This document shows, piece after piece, positions 24,546-36,824 of a stretch of DNA of 64,000 bases. The DNA is from Antechinus flavipes (Eukaryota). The stretch is from NCBI RefSeq assembly GCF_016432865.1, contig NC_067398.1, positions 726,330,001-726,394,000 of the forward strand, in the 5' to 3' direction. The notes beneath the pieces are model-generated. The model ran no database searches. It was given only the letters and a program-made list of their open reading frames with translations, and was not told the DNA's origin. A program made the translations under genes and the position numbers. The number at the start of each line of letters is the position of its first letter. Position 1 is the first letter of the stretch.

Positions 24546-26760
24546 TCTGCACCTGAGGAAGGGCCCCAGGAGGCCAAGTTCTCCCTGTCTCCAGCCCTGA
24601 GACTTCCCTGCCCCTCCCCCCAGCTCCCCCGGCCCCCTCCCTTCCTGTCCGGCCTGTGTTTTCTCAGGCTATTTGCGGCCAGGCCCCAGCTGCGGCCCTG
24701 CCCGGCTTATTCAATTAGCCCATTAGGCGGCCTGCCCTTCCTGGGCCGTGTGGCTCTCGGGGCTGCCAGGCCTGGGGGAGGGGCTGCCCGACTCTGCCGC
24801 CCCTCCCCCGCCCGAGCTCGGGGCCTAACCCAGGGCTGGGAACTGAGGGGGGGGGGGGAACTCCTGCAGTCTGGGACACAGGCAAGGCTGGGAAAATCGG
24901 GCCGGACCCGCCACAGCCACGGCCTGGGATCCGGAGGAGCAGCGGCGGAGGAAAGCCTCCCCGGCTCAAAAGGGCCTGAGGGACCGCAGAGTCTAGGGAA
25001 ACTGAGGCACAGTGAATGAAGGGCTCCAGGTGGGACCAGTCGACCACTGGCCTGGAGCTCAATTGTGGCCCATGAGGCAGTGGGGGGGGGGGGAAGAGAG
25101 GGAGCTGGAGGCTAGAAACAGGGGAGAGAAGGAAGAGAGGAGGGGAAGGGGAAGGGGGAAGGAAAAGGGAAGAGGGAAGGAAGAGAAGAAGGGAGAGGAA
25201 AGGGGGCTGGATCAGAACCCTTGCCCTCACCTCTGCCCTTTGCCCACTAGCCCAAGCTCAGGTGGGAGGGAAACAAGCTGGTCCCTTCTCCGCCCCCCAG
25301 AGGAACAGAGCAGGGAGGGAAGGAGGGAGAGGAAGGAGTGGGGATGAGGAAGGGGAAGGACAGAAGACAGGCAAGGGCTGCAGAGATGGAGGATGAGGAG
25401 GAAGGGCCGCCTTTGGCCAAGGGGGTGGGGGGAGGGTGCCCGGAGAGTCAGTTGGTCAGAAACCCCTCTGCCGAAGCCCCCGGTGTAGACGCCTTTCCTG
25501 GTAGCTCAGCCACCAAGGGCCAGGCTGAGGTAGGGTCAGGATGGTGCTTTGGGGAGCTGGGGGCCAGGACGCTCTCCAAGCCCCTCATTGTTCCGCAGAG
25601 AAAGCGAGAGCCAGAGCTGGCAGGGACCGGATCAAGGTCACCCAGGGAGGAAGCAGTGGAGCTGAGATCTTCGGGGGGGGGGCAGCTGAGGGCCAGAGAG
25701 GGCTGGCCACTGGCCCGAGCTCCCCCAGCAGCTCTCTGCTACTCTAGGCCTCTTGGGCAGCAGCACTTTGCCTCGGCAGGCTTGGCTGAGAAAAGGGGCA
25801 CGGGGCCAGAATGGCCCCTCGGGCAAACGCCAGCATGCAGGGCTCTGCCTCCCAGTCAATGCTGCTCCTGCCCGGGTTCGAAGCCCACCTGCGGCCCCGG
25901 GTGTGATGTGTCCTGTTCTGGCTCCTCCTGAGCAGTTTTTTATCTGGTAATGGGGACAATAGTCTGGGCGGCGGCCGCCCCTCTGGGAGCTCAGTAATCG
26001 CCCGCCTGGATGGCTCCCGGGTGCTCGTGGAGGTGTGCCCGACTGCTCAGGGTACAGGTGGCACCCCGTGCCAGCCTTGAGGGCTTTGTCAACATTGGCA
26101 GATGGGTGCTGTCCGGCCCCCTCCCTGGGGGGCCTCTCCCCGAGCACAGGAAGGAAAGGCAGGGGGCGGGGAGGCCAGGCCCGGGGCTGTGCGGGCAGCC
26201 AGCACGGCTCTTACCCAGCCTTGTTTCCTGACTCGGAAGGAGGCCGGGGCCCTCCGAAGGGCTGGGGGACCCGTGGGTCAGGAGAGGGGCGGCGTGGGCT
26301 CAAGGGGCAGCCGGGGCCATCGCCCGCTGGGCACTCTGCCTGCCCCCAGCCCCTGGCAGACTTTGACCTTTCCACTCAGCTGCTCTGCTCTGTGGCGGGG
26401 CGGGACGGCTTGGCTCCCTCCCACCCTGAGCTTGGGCAAAGGGCAAAGGGCGAAAGGCAGAGGCCGAGGGCTCCGATCCTCCCCACTCTGACCCGGCTCT
26501 CTCTTAGTGAAGAAGGCTTTCCTGGCAGCCGCCTGAATGAGCCTCTAACTCGGTCCTGTTCTCTGGCCAAAGTGAACAAAGCCGGTCCCTTGGCCTCGAA
26601 CCCAGACCCCTCCTCTCCAGTCTTCTCTCCCCCATTCCGTCCCCAAGCATTCACACACTCCCTCCTTCTGGGTCTGCTCTGGGCCAGCAGGGAAGTCTCT
26701 CCTGCACCCCTCCTCCACCCCCAGTCAGTTTACCAGAGGAGAGAGTGGGCAGCCGGGGTA

Positions 26761-26870
26761 AGAGATACAAAGTGTCTGCCCCGAGATACAAAGTGTCTGC
26801 CCCAGATACAAAGTGTCTGCCCCGAGATACAAAGTGTCTGCCCCGAGATACAAAGTGTCTGCTGGAGATA
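26761..26870 (+). repeat. 20-21-bp minisatellite (GAGATACAAAGTGTCTGCCCC) x5
   Basis: Read directly. Confidence 0.95.
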
Positions 26871-29800
26871 CTTGTAATCCCGAGGGGCTGGGAGAAGGAA
26901 ACAGTCACCTCCCAGGGAGGCCAGGGCTGCCTTGGAGCTGGAGGGAGGGGAGAACCAGGAGGAGAAGGGAGGAAGGGGAAATCAGCCTGGGAATATCATC
27001 CCAGCTGGTCAGGAAGGGCTTTGAATGCCAAACAGCACGGCCTTAGGTGCCTAATAAGTGCTTGCCCCAGCCCTCCTCTTCCTCCTGTATGACTGGATGC
27101 CCCAAGCCCGGAAGGGGCTGCGGGATCATTGAGCCTCCAGAGCGGACAGATCTGAACCCCGGCCCAGCTGGAGGGAAGGCTTGGGCCTGGCCCGCTGACT
27201 GCTGTGTGTCCTGAGGCCGGTCCTTAGGGTCTCTGTCGGGGAGGGCCAGGGAGGCTCTGGGATGGGCTAAGCAAGGTCGGGGCTGGCCCGGCGTGGATGC
27301 CTTCCCCGCTCCCGAGGCTCTGTGCCCCGGCAGCCGCCCAGGGCCTGTCTGTCCTGCCCCCGAGGTACCTGCCCCGCCCAGGGCTCTCCCCGGCCCAGGG
27401 AGACTCGCCAGCGCAGCTGCCTCCGGCCGCCAGTCAGGAGAGCCACGGCCGCGTCCTGGGCGCCGAGCAAAGGCGTGCCCAAGGCCAGCTGGCAGGGAGG
27501 CCCTCCTGGCTCCCCGGCTCCTGGGCCGGGCTTTCTGGCTCTCTCCCACACGTGAGGAGATGTACACACACAGGACAAGGCACACGCGTGGACGCGCGCC
27601 CGCCCTCATCCTCACAGTGCACGCGCGAGCTCACCACGCCTGCACGGGCACGCGGAGCCGCCCCAGCCCCTCCCCTGCCTCGGGAGGCGGGTCCCGGGGC
27701 TGCTTCCGGTCAGCTCTGGGCAGCCCGACCGGCTGGGGCCGCTTCCCACGGGCCTCTGCCCACCTATTGTGACCAGGAGCCCGGGTCTGGCCCGGAAGAG
27801 ACCGAGGTGGCGTTGCGGGCTAAGAATAGCAGTGAATAGACCGGAGAGGGCGGGCTCCGGCCCCGGGGAGGCCGCGCCCCTCCCCCAGCCCCCGCGGGAG
27901 GCGGCATCCCTCCCCAAGCCCCCGGAGCCCCAGTGTGCTCCGGGAGGGGCAGGACTCTCAGCAGGAGCGAAGCCCTTCACAGGTTCCATCCCTGCCCTCT
28001 AGAGGTGGGCTCTAGGGGAGGGCACACGCAGGCCCATGAAGCCATGAAGGCTGGGTCCAGCAGGCCTAGAGAACCCTGGGGGCCTAAGGAGGACCTTGCT
28101 CTGCCTCCAGGATGAGTTGGAGGAGCCAGGGCGGTCCCGAGAGGAAGATGCCCAGGGAAGGCTGGGATTTCCGACTTCCAGGGCCCTGACAGACGGGCTC
28201 CACAGGCAGGCGGTCTCAGAAGCTACAGTGAGGGAGAAGCTGGAGAACTTGGGGGACCTCCCCAGAGCTCCCATGAGCCTCAGGGGTGGGGCACTCCCCA
28301 TCCCAGAGGCCTCCAGGGGAGGCTGGCCGAAGGCTCCCGTCCCCTCCAGGTCCTCATCTTTGGTGGAGGTGAGGGGAGCTTTGGGAGCACTCTTCAGGGC
28401 CCAGGGTCTGCAGGGACTCCTTGCTCCCCCTCAGGCCGGGCCTTCCCTCCGTTCTGTCCCCTGGGCCGTCCTCCCTCTGCTGCGTGTGCCTCAGCCCCGG
28501 TGAGGAGCCTGCAGGGCCCTTCTCTTCTCCCTTTTCTCCCTGCCCCCAGGTGGTCACTGGGTGGCTGCCGGGCCGCTTTGTCGGCAGGATGCCCCTCCCC
28601 GGGCCAGGGACTGTCTCCCAGCCCTCAGCTCCGTGGGGCCTCCCCCCACCCCAGGTCTCCCTCCCCGGGGATACAACTACCCGCCTTCCTCTTAAGAGAC
28701 TGATTCTGGCCTCTGTGCTGGTGACCCAAGGGGCTGATTCTCCCTTTTACAAATGAGAAAACTGAGGCACCCTAGAGCATGGCGGGGCCCCAGGCTCTGG
28801 ACGGCCCCCTAAGGACAGGGGCTGGCCTGGAGGCAGCTCAAAGTCAGCCAGTCCCCACTCTTTCCCAGCTCCGCCCCCCACCCCTCCCGGCACCCTGGAG
28901 ATGAGGTGGCCTCCGGCCTCGGAGCTGGAGCCGAGACTTCAGACAGCCCCCTGCTGGCCTCCCGGCCAAAGGCAACACGGTTCTGGCCGCTGCCCCAGCC
29001 GGCCCTGATGGGACTCGCGCAGAGCCTGGGCTCCCACCAGCTCCCTTCCAAGGAGGCTCCGAGAGAGCGCGCTGCTGGGAAGTCACAGGGGCCTGGGGAG
29101 GAATGCGGATGAGAAGGGGGCCAGGAAGTGCAGCTGGTCTCTCTCCCGCCCCTCCCTGCTCAGTGCCCTCCCCTCCCCCTCCGTCCTGGCCTCCCCCCAG
29201 GCCCAGGGCAGCTGTGCCGCTCTCCCTCTGAGACAGCCCGAGCCCATTCCCTCTCGAGGCTCCCAGGCGCTCGGGGGCGTTTTGGGGGCTGCTTCTTCCC
29301 TGTGGTCAGCAGCTGCTGCTCTCCTGCCCTGGTTCTCCCTGCGCTGAGGGGGTTTCTGCAGGTGCCCCCTGGCGGGTGGGGCTGGGGAGTCTCCCTGAGC
29401 TGAGGCTGCTGGGCCATCTCCCAGTCTCCTCCTCACATTGCAAGGCCATGCCTGGGGGTTTGGGGCCGCGTGACCCCCTCCCAAGATGACCTGGGGGCTC
29501 CTGCTCTCATCCTGCAGGACCCCGTGCCCCCTCTCTCCCCTCCCCGTCTCCGGGCCGGAACCTCTCCTTCAGTGGTCCAGCGGCCATCGGGAGCCGGATC
29601 CCACTTCTGGGGCACAGCAGGGTGGGCACAAGGACCCCCAGCCGCAGGGGGCGGCCTCCTGGGAAGGCTAACTCGGGCTGACTCGGAGCCCGGCGGCCCC
29701 CTCTGAGCCTTCTCGAGGCAGCGTCACCCGGGCCTCTGTGGCCCTGAGGCCGACGCGGGGAGTCTGGCCGGCTCAGAGTCCGCTCCCGGGAGCATCTTTA

Positions 29801-31216
29801 TTAGGCCCCGGGGGCCAGGCCGCTTCTGTCTCTGGGGTCCCGAGGCCGGGCGTGCCTCGGAGGCATGGCCCCGGTTCTGGCAGCCCCGCCCCCCTCCCCG
29901 CTAGGGGAAGCCCCCAGCAAGCCCGCAGCTTTTGTGCACTGGTTCTCCCCAAAGGCCCCACGTGGGCTCTGGCCCCCTGTGCCTGGGGGTCGATGATGGA
30001 GGCCGGACCTCCAGCGCCCGGTTCTGAAAATGGCCCCGCTCCCCGCCACTGGCTCGGCGCCCGCTCCCTCCCTGGTCAGGCGCCTGTCGAGCGGGGCGAA
30101 GGTGGCGGGCTCTGGCGGGAGGCCCGAGGAAGGCCGGGGCGCCTCCTGTCTGGGCTACGCCCGCCCTCGGGGAGACGCTCTGGCCAGGGGGAGCGAGCTC
30201 ATCTTCATGGGCCCAGGAGGAGGGAGGCCCGGGCAATGGGCCTTCCGAGAAGGTGGGGTCGCCACCCTCTGCCCTCCGCCCTCCAATCAGGGGGAGTCCG
30301 GGGCTCATTCTGGGCACCTGGTGTTCTCTGCACCCTCCAGGGCGTTCCTCCCCCCGCCTGCACTATCCCCTGTGGGGGCCCCTGCCTCCGGGCTCCCGGC
30401 TCCTCTCCAGGATAATCCGTCCTTTGCCCATCTGCCGCAGAGACTTTCCAAAGGTCTGGACCTCGGTTTACCAGCATTTATTAAGCACCAGTGTGTGTTG
30501 GGCCCTGAGTTCGACAGGGCTCCTTTGCCCCAGGGCACTCGCTCCCTCCCTTCCAGAGGCTCTAGGGACTTTTGTTAAGTGAATGGAGGGGCTGCTGCCC
30601 ATTGACCTGGTGCCTCCCGCAGCTGGCATGGGGCCTGGCACACAGCAGGTGCCCAAGAAGTGCTGCCGCTCTCGACTCGAGGGGAAGTCCGTGGCCACAT
30701 TTTCCAGTGCTGGCCCGTCTGGCTCTGGACTGCCCCCCCCCCCCACCGGCGGCCCACCTGAGCCCCCTCCCCTCCCCTCCAGCCTGCCGAGCCCCCTCCT
30801 CAGGGCCTGCCCAATGACCAGGTTGCTAGCTCCTGCCGGGATCCTGCATCTCCCACCTCCGCGCCTGCTCAGGCTGTGCCCCTGCGGGCAGTGTTCCTTG
30901 TGCCCCAGGCCCCCAGAAACCTCGGCCGGGGCTGCTCCCACAGGAGTTCTCGCTTCCTGTGTGTGGGGCGGCCCTCAGATCGGGCCCTGGCACGGGACTG
31001 CTACTGGCTCCATGCTTGTGGGAGCGAATGCCCTGTGGTTCTGTGACCCCGGCCTGGGGCCCTGAAGGTCCGGATCAGAGTGGGGGTCATCAGGGCTGCG
31101 GCCCCCCAGCAGCGCCCCTCCCCTCCCCCCCACCTTAGTTTCCTGAGGGCTCCCCTGCCTGCCGGGAGCATTTGGGGGTGGGGCTGCCCGGGGGTGGTCA
31201 CTGGGCCTGGGAGGCC

Positions 31217-31262
31217 CCAATGGGTCAGGCAGTGGGAGGGGCCGAGCTCAGGCCAAGGTCCA
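31217..31262 (+). promoter_or_regulatory. UPB1: UPB1 proximal promoter elements: CCAAT (31217-31221) and DR1-like nuclear-receptor site AGGCCAAGGTCCA (31250-31262)
   Basis: Motifs lie 70-115 bp upstream of the ATG; the DR1-like sequence resembles HNF4A sites. Confidence 0.4.
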
Positions 31263-31331
31263 GAGAGCCCCAGCACGGCCAGCCAGGCCCCAGCCCGCCC
31301 GCCACCCCTCAGTGCCACGTCTGCCGCTGCC

Positions 31332-31435
31332 ATGGCCAGCCCCGAGTTTTCCTCGCTAGAGCGGAGCCTGGAGGAGAACCTGCCCCCGGGCGACCTCAGC
31401 AACGTCCGGAGAATCCTGTTTGGGAACGAGACCAG
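31332..31435 (+). CDS. UPB1: beta-ureidopropionase exon 1 (MASPEFSSLERSLEENLPPGDLSNVRRILFGNETR)
   Basis: 104 nt, ends ACCAG|GTGCG; similar to the UPB1 N-terminus. Confidence 0.93.
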
Positions 31436-33116
31436 GTGCGTGATCGGTGCGAGTGTCTGTGGGGGGGAATGTGAGTGTGAGCGGGTATTGTGTGATTGTG
31501 TGTGAGTGTGAGACAGTCTGTGTGCTGAGGCACATGAACACTTAGACACACAAATGAGTGAACACATGCTTGCCCACACGGCCGGACACCTGGGTCCCCA
31601 GGCTCTCTCCGAAGCAGGCTCGGCCCGGCCTCCGTTGCCCTCCTGCCCTGTCAGTCTCCTGAAACCAATAGTGAGCCAGGCCCTCTCTGGGCCAGATGGG
31701 CGTCTGGGAGGGGATGCCCATGGAGGACCTGCCAGCTGCGCCCTTGGCACCCCCTGGCCCCTGTAGTCTGGAAGGACTTCTGACCTCCCCGGCAAGCCCT
31801 GCCCTCCAGAGCCAAGCCGGTGTGATAGGATCTCTCCTGCCCCAGCAGCCCCCCAGTCTCCAGTACCGCCCCCCAGGTCCCTGAGCTTCGGGGCCTCCTA
31901 GCCCTTCCCTCTCTCTCCAGCTCTTCTGTGGCTTTCCCAGATGGAGGGGCCGGGGCTGGAGAGCGAGGCCGGGGCTGGAGAGCGGGGCTCCGGACAGGCC
32001 TGCACTGCTGGCAGAGGCAGAAACACTGGACCCGCTGAGCCGGCCTGAAACCGAGGGCCACGGCACCTGCCGGGGCAGATCGCACGCTGGCCCCTCGGCC
32101 CCCTTCGGCCCAACCCGGGTGCTCCTCTTGGGTCCCGAGCCGGCCCGAGCAAGTCCTGAGCCAGTCCTGAACCGGCCCCTCCAGGCAGTGGAGAAACAGA
32201 CCCTGCCCTTTGAACTTGAAGAGGGCGGGAGAGCGGAGGCCCTCGGGTTCACAGAGCAGGAAAAATGGAAAAATACAAAGTAATGGGGGGGGTGAGGAAA
32301 GGGAAAGGACGGGCAAGGTGCCAGTGGCCCTGCGTGTGGGCACTGGGGGCAAGAAAGGCTCTCTGTGGGCGGGGCATTTGGGCTGAGCTTCCCAGGGAGC
32401 CAGGGATTCCGAGAGGCCCAGGGGCAAGCCCCAGCATTTTAGGAGTCCACCCAAAGGGGTGGGGGGGGGCGGGAAGGCCTGTGCAGAACAGCCAGTAACA
32501 CAGATAGGGCGGACCACAGAGCCTGCCCTTCGCAGAGATGGGGACCCCACCGGGAGCCGGAGCTGGCCCTTCGGGGGCGCCCCAAGGAAAGGTCCTCCAC
32601 CACCGTGGCAGACAATCCCAGTAATAATTTGCTACCATTTGTATGTCTACCAGACACTTTTCAAACATTGTCACTTGCTCCTCGAGACCCCTGACAGGTG
32701 CGGGCTGTTGTTGCCCCCCTTTTACAGATGAGGTAACTGAGGCATTCAGAAGCCAATGACTTGCCAAGGGTCACCTACCGGTTAAATATGCCGGGCCCAA
32801 TTTGAAGTTTGGCCCCCAGGCCAGGAAACGCTTCCATTCAAAGACCCTGGGCTCAGGCACTAGCGGGGGCTCCAGCTGCAGCCCGGCCCTCCCCGCAATT
32901 TTGTATCTGGTTGTCCTTGTTCCTTGTGGAAATGAAGGGATGCTTGCATTGTTGGGAGGAGGGCAGAAGATGGATGGGTGCCCATTGGAGCAGGGCAGCT
33001 TCAGCAGGAAGACTGAGGTGGGGGGGGGGATCAGGATTCACTTGCTGGTGGAAGGCCCCGCTGAGCTCCAAACAGGGGCTGAAGGAAGCCCTCCCGGCCC
33101 TCCCTCTGCCCCTCAG

Positions 33117-33288
33117 GAAGCTCAGCCTGCCCCCTGGTGCCCTGGCCGCGGCCTCCCAGAAGGACTTTGAGCTTTTGGCCTTTGCCTTCGAGGCCTCGGA
33201 AGAGCAGCTGAGGCCCCCGAGGCTGGTCCGCGTGGGGCTCGTGCAGAATCAGATCCCTCTTCCTCCCGATGCCCCCGTGGCCGAGCAG
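33117..33288 (+). CDS. UPB1: UPB1 exon 2 (KLSLPPG...[19 protein letters not shown])
   Basis: 172 nt, CCTCAG|...CAG|GTAGGC. Confidence 0.95.
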
Positions 33289-33297
33289 GTAGGCAGC

Positions 33298-33445
33298 CCT
33301 GTGCCCCGGGGCTCCCCCTGCACCCCCGGGCTCCCCCTGCGCCCCCAGGGCTCCCCCTGCGCCCCCTGGCTCCCCCTTGCCTCCCGGGCTCCCCCTGCAC
33401 CACCTGGCTCCCCCTTGCCTCCCGGGCTCCCGGTGCCTTCCTGCC
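33298..33445 (+). repeat. ~20-bp C-rich minisatellite (CCCCGGGCTCCCCCTGCGC)
   Basis: Starts ~10 bp after the UPB1 exon 2 donor. Confidence 0.85.
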
Positions 33446-33804
33446 TCCCAGGCCCGTGCTCTCCTCCGGGGGTGGAGCTGGCCCTGGTCCTGACGGGCAG
33501 GGAGCCCAGAAGTTCACCTGCGGGAGCAGCTGGCTCAGCACGTGCCCCGGCCTTCTGTTCCGTGTTGCCCCAGAGAAAGCCCGTGGGCCCCGCTGGAGGC
33601 GCCCTGCCCGGGGGCCAGGCTGTGGTTGGCGGCTGCCCCGCCCCGCGCCCGAGGCCCCACAGTTCCCACTACAAGCCGAGTCTCCCAGGCCCGTCACCTC
33701 CCCGCCCAGCCCCCGCCGGCCTCCCACCCGGACCATCTGCGCCATTTCTGGCGTCTTCCTCCCTGGGGCCCAAACCTTATGCGCTTCGGTTTGAGGGCGC
33801 AGTG

Positions 33805-34060
33805 GCGCGGGGGTACGGGCTCCGAGGGGGCGGGGGCGCGGGGGTACGGGCTCCGAGGGGGCGGGGGCGCGGGGGTGCGGGCTCCGAGGGGGCGGAGCTG
33901 GGGTTGCAGGGGCGCGGGGGTGTGGGCTCGAAGGGGGCAGGGGCGCGAGGGTACGGGCTCCGAGGGGGCGGGGTGGGGTTGTAGAGGTGGGGCTCCGAGG
34001 GGGCGGGGTGGGGTTGCAGGGGCGCGGGGGCGGGGGCTCCGAGGGGGCAGGGGTACAGGG
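33805..34060 (+). repeat. G-rich minisatellite (GGGGTACGGGCTCCGAGGGGGCGGGGGCGC)
   Basis: Read directly. Confidence 0.85.
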
Positions 34061-34149
34061 CAGGAGGGGGACGCCAGACCCTGAGCATCCCTGATTTAGC
34101 TGCCCTTCCCCTTCCAGGCTCTACCCTAGCACTTGCCAGTGGCTCTTAG

Positions 34150-34300
34150 GGGAAAGGCGCCTGGGTAGTGCAGTGGTTAAAACCCTGAACCGGAGATTCA
34201 AATCTTTCCTTGGTTGTGCCCTAGCTGTGTGATTATGGGCAAGTCCCTCCAACCCTGTGTGCCTCAGTTTCTTCATCTGTAAGATGGGAATATGCTGGCC
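34150..34300 (+). mobile_element. tRNA-derived CORE-SINE (MIR/Ther-type)
   Basis: A-box TAGTGCAGTGG, B-box-like GATTCAAATC, then TGTGCCTCAGTTTCTTCATCTGTAAGATGGG. Confidence 0.65.
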
Positions 34301-35045
34301 CCTCCCAGGGCCGCTGTCAGGGCGGGGCTTTCGGGACTTTCTCGGGGTTCGAGGAGCCCCAGACTGAGGGGGAAGGGACTTCCGAAACCGGCGCCCAGCA
34401 CTGCCATTCCCCAAAAAGGAGGCAGGAAGAGGAGGCTGGCTCAGAGGCGCCCCTCCTGGTGAGTGAAGGGAAGTAAGGCAGCCCCTACCTCGGCAGCTCC
34501 GGAGAAGTTCTTGGGCCCCAGGTGTGACCCAGGACAGCCAGGGAGCTGATCCCAGCTTTCTGAGGAGTTGAGTGAGCCCCGAGGCGGAGCGCCCCCTGCT
34601 TGCCCAGTGACAACAGTGAGGCCCCCAGGCGCCCCCAATGCTGACCATCCCGCCCCTCTCCCTGCGCCTGCTCTTGCCGAGGGTGGGGGTGGCCAGAGAG
34701 GGGGAGAGTGTGGGGAAGGTCTGGCTGTGGAGGAGGAGCGGGAAGCTGAGGGGGGGTACCAGGGGCAGAGCGGGAGCGAGCCCCTCGAGAGTCGGCTCCC
34801 GGGGCTGGGGCGGGGCTGGCGAGAGCCTGGAAAGGTCTCGGGGAGCCCAGTCTGGGGGGAAGGCCGGGCTACCCTGGGGGCAATGGGGGGCTTCGGAGCT
34901 GGGAAGGGGCCTGTGCCTTCTGGGCCCGGTCGCCGTGCCCCTTGACCCTTTGGTCCCAGGTCGAGGCCGGGGGCTGCTGGGCGGGGGAGGGGGAGCCCCC
35001 GGATCCAGAGCTTGGAGATCTCCATGCAGTGACTCCCTGCCCCAG

Positions 35046-35133
35046 GTGGGTGCCCTGCACAGACGCATCGAGGAGATCCTGGAGGTGGCCGCCCAGTGCG
35101 GGGTGAACATAATCTGCTTCCAGGAAGCATGGA
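35046..35133 (+). CDS. UPB1: UPB1 exon 3 ([29 protein letters not shown]), catalytic Glu
   Basis: 88 nt, CCCAG|GTG...GGA|GTGAGT; nitrilase-family FQEAW motif. Confidence 0.96.
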
Positions 35134-35511
35134 GTGAGTGGCAGCCGGCGTCTCCCTGGGGCCGGGCTTGCGTGACCCCACCCCCCCATGGCCCTCAGCA
35201 CTAAGCCCCGGCTTGGGCTTCAGGTTTGAAGGGGAGTGTAGGCAAGAGCCCATTAATTCCCCAGATGAGAAAACCGAGGCTCATAACGGTCGTCCAGGCA
35301 GCCAGGCTCCGCCCCCCCATCCGGACTCCAAGGCTGCGCCCCTCTCTCCCTCCCAGCTTCAGGGGTTCGCAGTGACCCCGCACACAGGGTTCTCCCGGAC
35401 CGGGCATTCTGCCTCCGCTCCTCGAGTCCTGGGGTCCGCGGGGAACAGGCCCTGAGCAATGGGCCCAGAGGGGCCTGGAGGGCGCCAGAGGGCCGGGAAG
35501 GGCTGCTGGAT

Positions 35512-36052
35512 TTAGAAAGGGCTGATCCCTTGGGCTCACCAGGGGGCACTTCAGGACAGACTGATCTCTTGTGGGGACACCAGGGGGCGCTGTAGTGCAC
35601 AGTGCTGGCCCTGTAGTCAGAAAGGGCTGATCCCTTGTGGGGACACCAGGGGGCGCTTCGGGACAGACTGATCCCTTGTGGGGACACCAGGGGGTATTGT
35701 AGCTGGTCCCTTGTGGGGACACCAGGGGGCGCTGTAGTGCACAGTGCTGGCCCTGTAGTCAGAAAGGGCTGATCCCTTGCGGGGACACCAGGGGGCGCTG
35801 TAGTGCACAGTGCTGGCCCTGTAGTCAGAAAGGGCTGATCCCTTGTGGGGACACCAGGGGGCGCTGTAGTGCACAGTGCTGGCCCTGTAGTCAGAAAGGG
35901 CTGATCCCTTGCGGGGACACCAGAGGGCGCTGTAGTACACAGTGCTGGTCCTGTAGTCAGAAAGGGCTGATCCCTTGCGGGGACACCAGGGGGCGCTGTA
36001 GTACACAGTGCTGGTCCTGTAGTCAGAAAGGGCTGATCCCTTGTGGGCTCAC
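35512..36052 (+). repeat. 66-bp minisatellite carrying one CTCF-like core (CACCAGGGGGCGC) per unit
   Basis: Unit AGAAAGGGCTGATCCCTTG(T/C)GGGGACACCAGGGGGCGCTGTAGTGCACAGTGCTGGCCCTGTAGTC; cores at exact 66-bp spacing 35720, 35786, 35852, 35918, 35984. Confidence 0.95.
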
Positions 36053-36513
36053 CACAAGGAGTCAGGAAGACCTGAATTCACATAGAACTTGAGGTAAGGG
36101 CCTTTCTCGGCTTCCTGTGCCTCCCTCTGTCCGTGGATGGTTGTGAATTCAAATGCCTCCTCTTTGTTAGCCGTTGTTAGGCCCTTTTCATCCCCAAGGG
36201 CCACAGAGGAGGGCAGGAGAAGGGCCGGGAGGAGGGAGCGCGCACTGGGAACTCTTGCCGTGGGACTCCCGGCAGGCCTCTCCCTTGGCGCGGGGTTGGA
36301 CAAGCCAGCCCAGCTTATTTACGGAAGGAAACCCACGGGAAGTAGGGACCTGGATTCTAATCCTGTCTGCTGTTTATCAGGCAAAAGGCAAATCCCCTCT
36401 GAGCCTCCATGACAACAGCCATCCTCAGCGCTCCCAGGCCTCCGCCCACCAGGTGGCGCGGCCCCCCTTGGCCCTGACCCCTTCTTGGCCCTCAACCCCC
36501 CTTCTGCTTCTAG

Positions 36514-36608
36514 CCATGCCCTTTGCTTTCTGCACGAGAGAGAAGCTTCCCTGGACGGAGTTTGCCGAGCCCGTGCCGGGCGGTCCCACCACCAGGCTCT
36601 GCCAGAAG
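36514..36608 (+). CDS. UPB1: UPB1 exon 4 ([31 protein letters not shown])
   Basis: 95 nt, TTCTAG|CC ATG...AAG|GTAGGA. Confidence 0.96.
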
Positions 36609-36824
36609 GTAGGACGGGGGCCTCACGCCAAGCGCTCAGCCCTTCGCCGTGACCCGTATACCCTGACCGCTAACAATGGGCTTCGAAGGAGCAGGGCTCC
36701 CAGCCCAGGGACCTGCAGTGGCCTCTGGGGCGGCAGCAGCTGAGAAAGGAAGTGGAGGCTGGGAAAGCCTCCAGTGCTGCCTTCCAAAGTGGATGCTGAT
36801 CGGCGACTCCCCTGGCGTGCCAGA

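Noticed and set aside
34150-34210. tRNA-like A/B boxes
   Set aside because: No cloverleaf, and it runs into a MIR core, so it is a SINE head.
35512-36052. Regularly spaced repeats resembling a CRISPR array
   Set aside because: The intervening sequence is itself repeated (no unique spacers) and the context is a mammalian intron.
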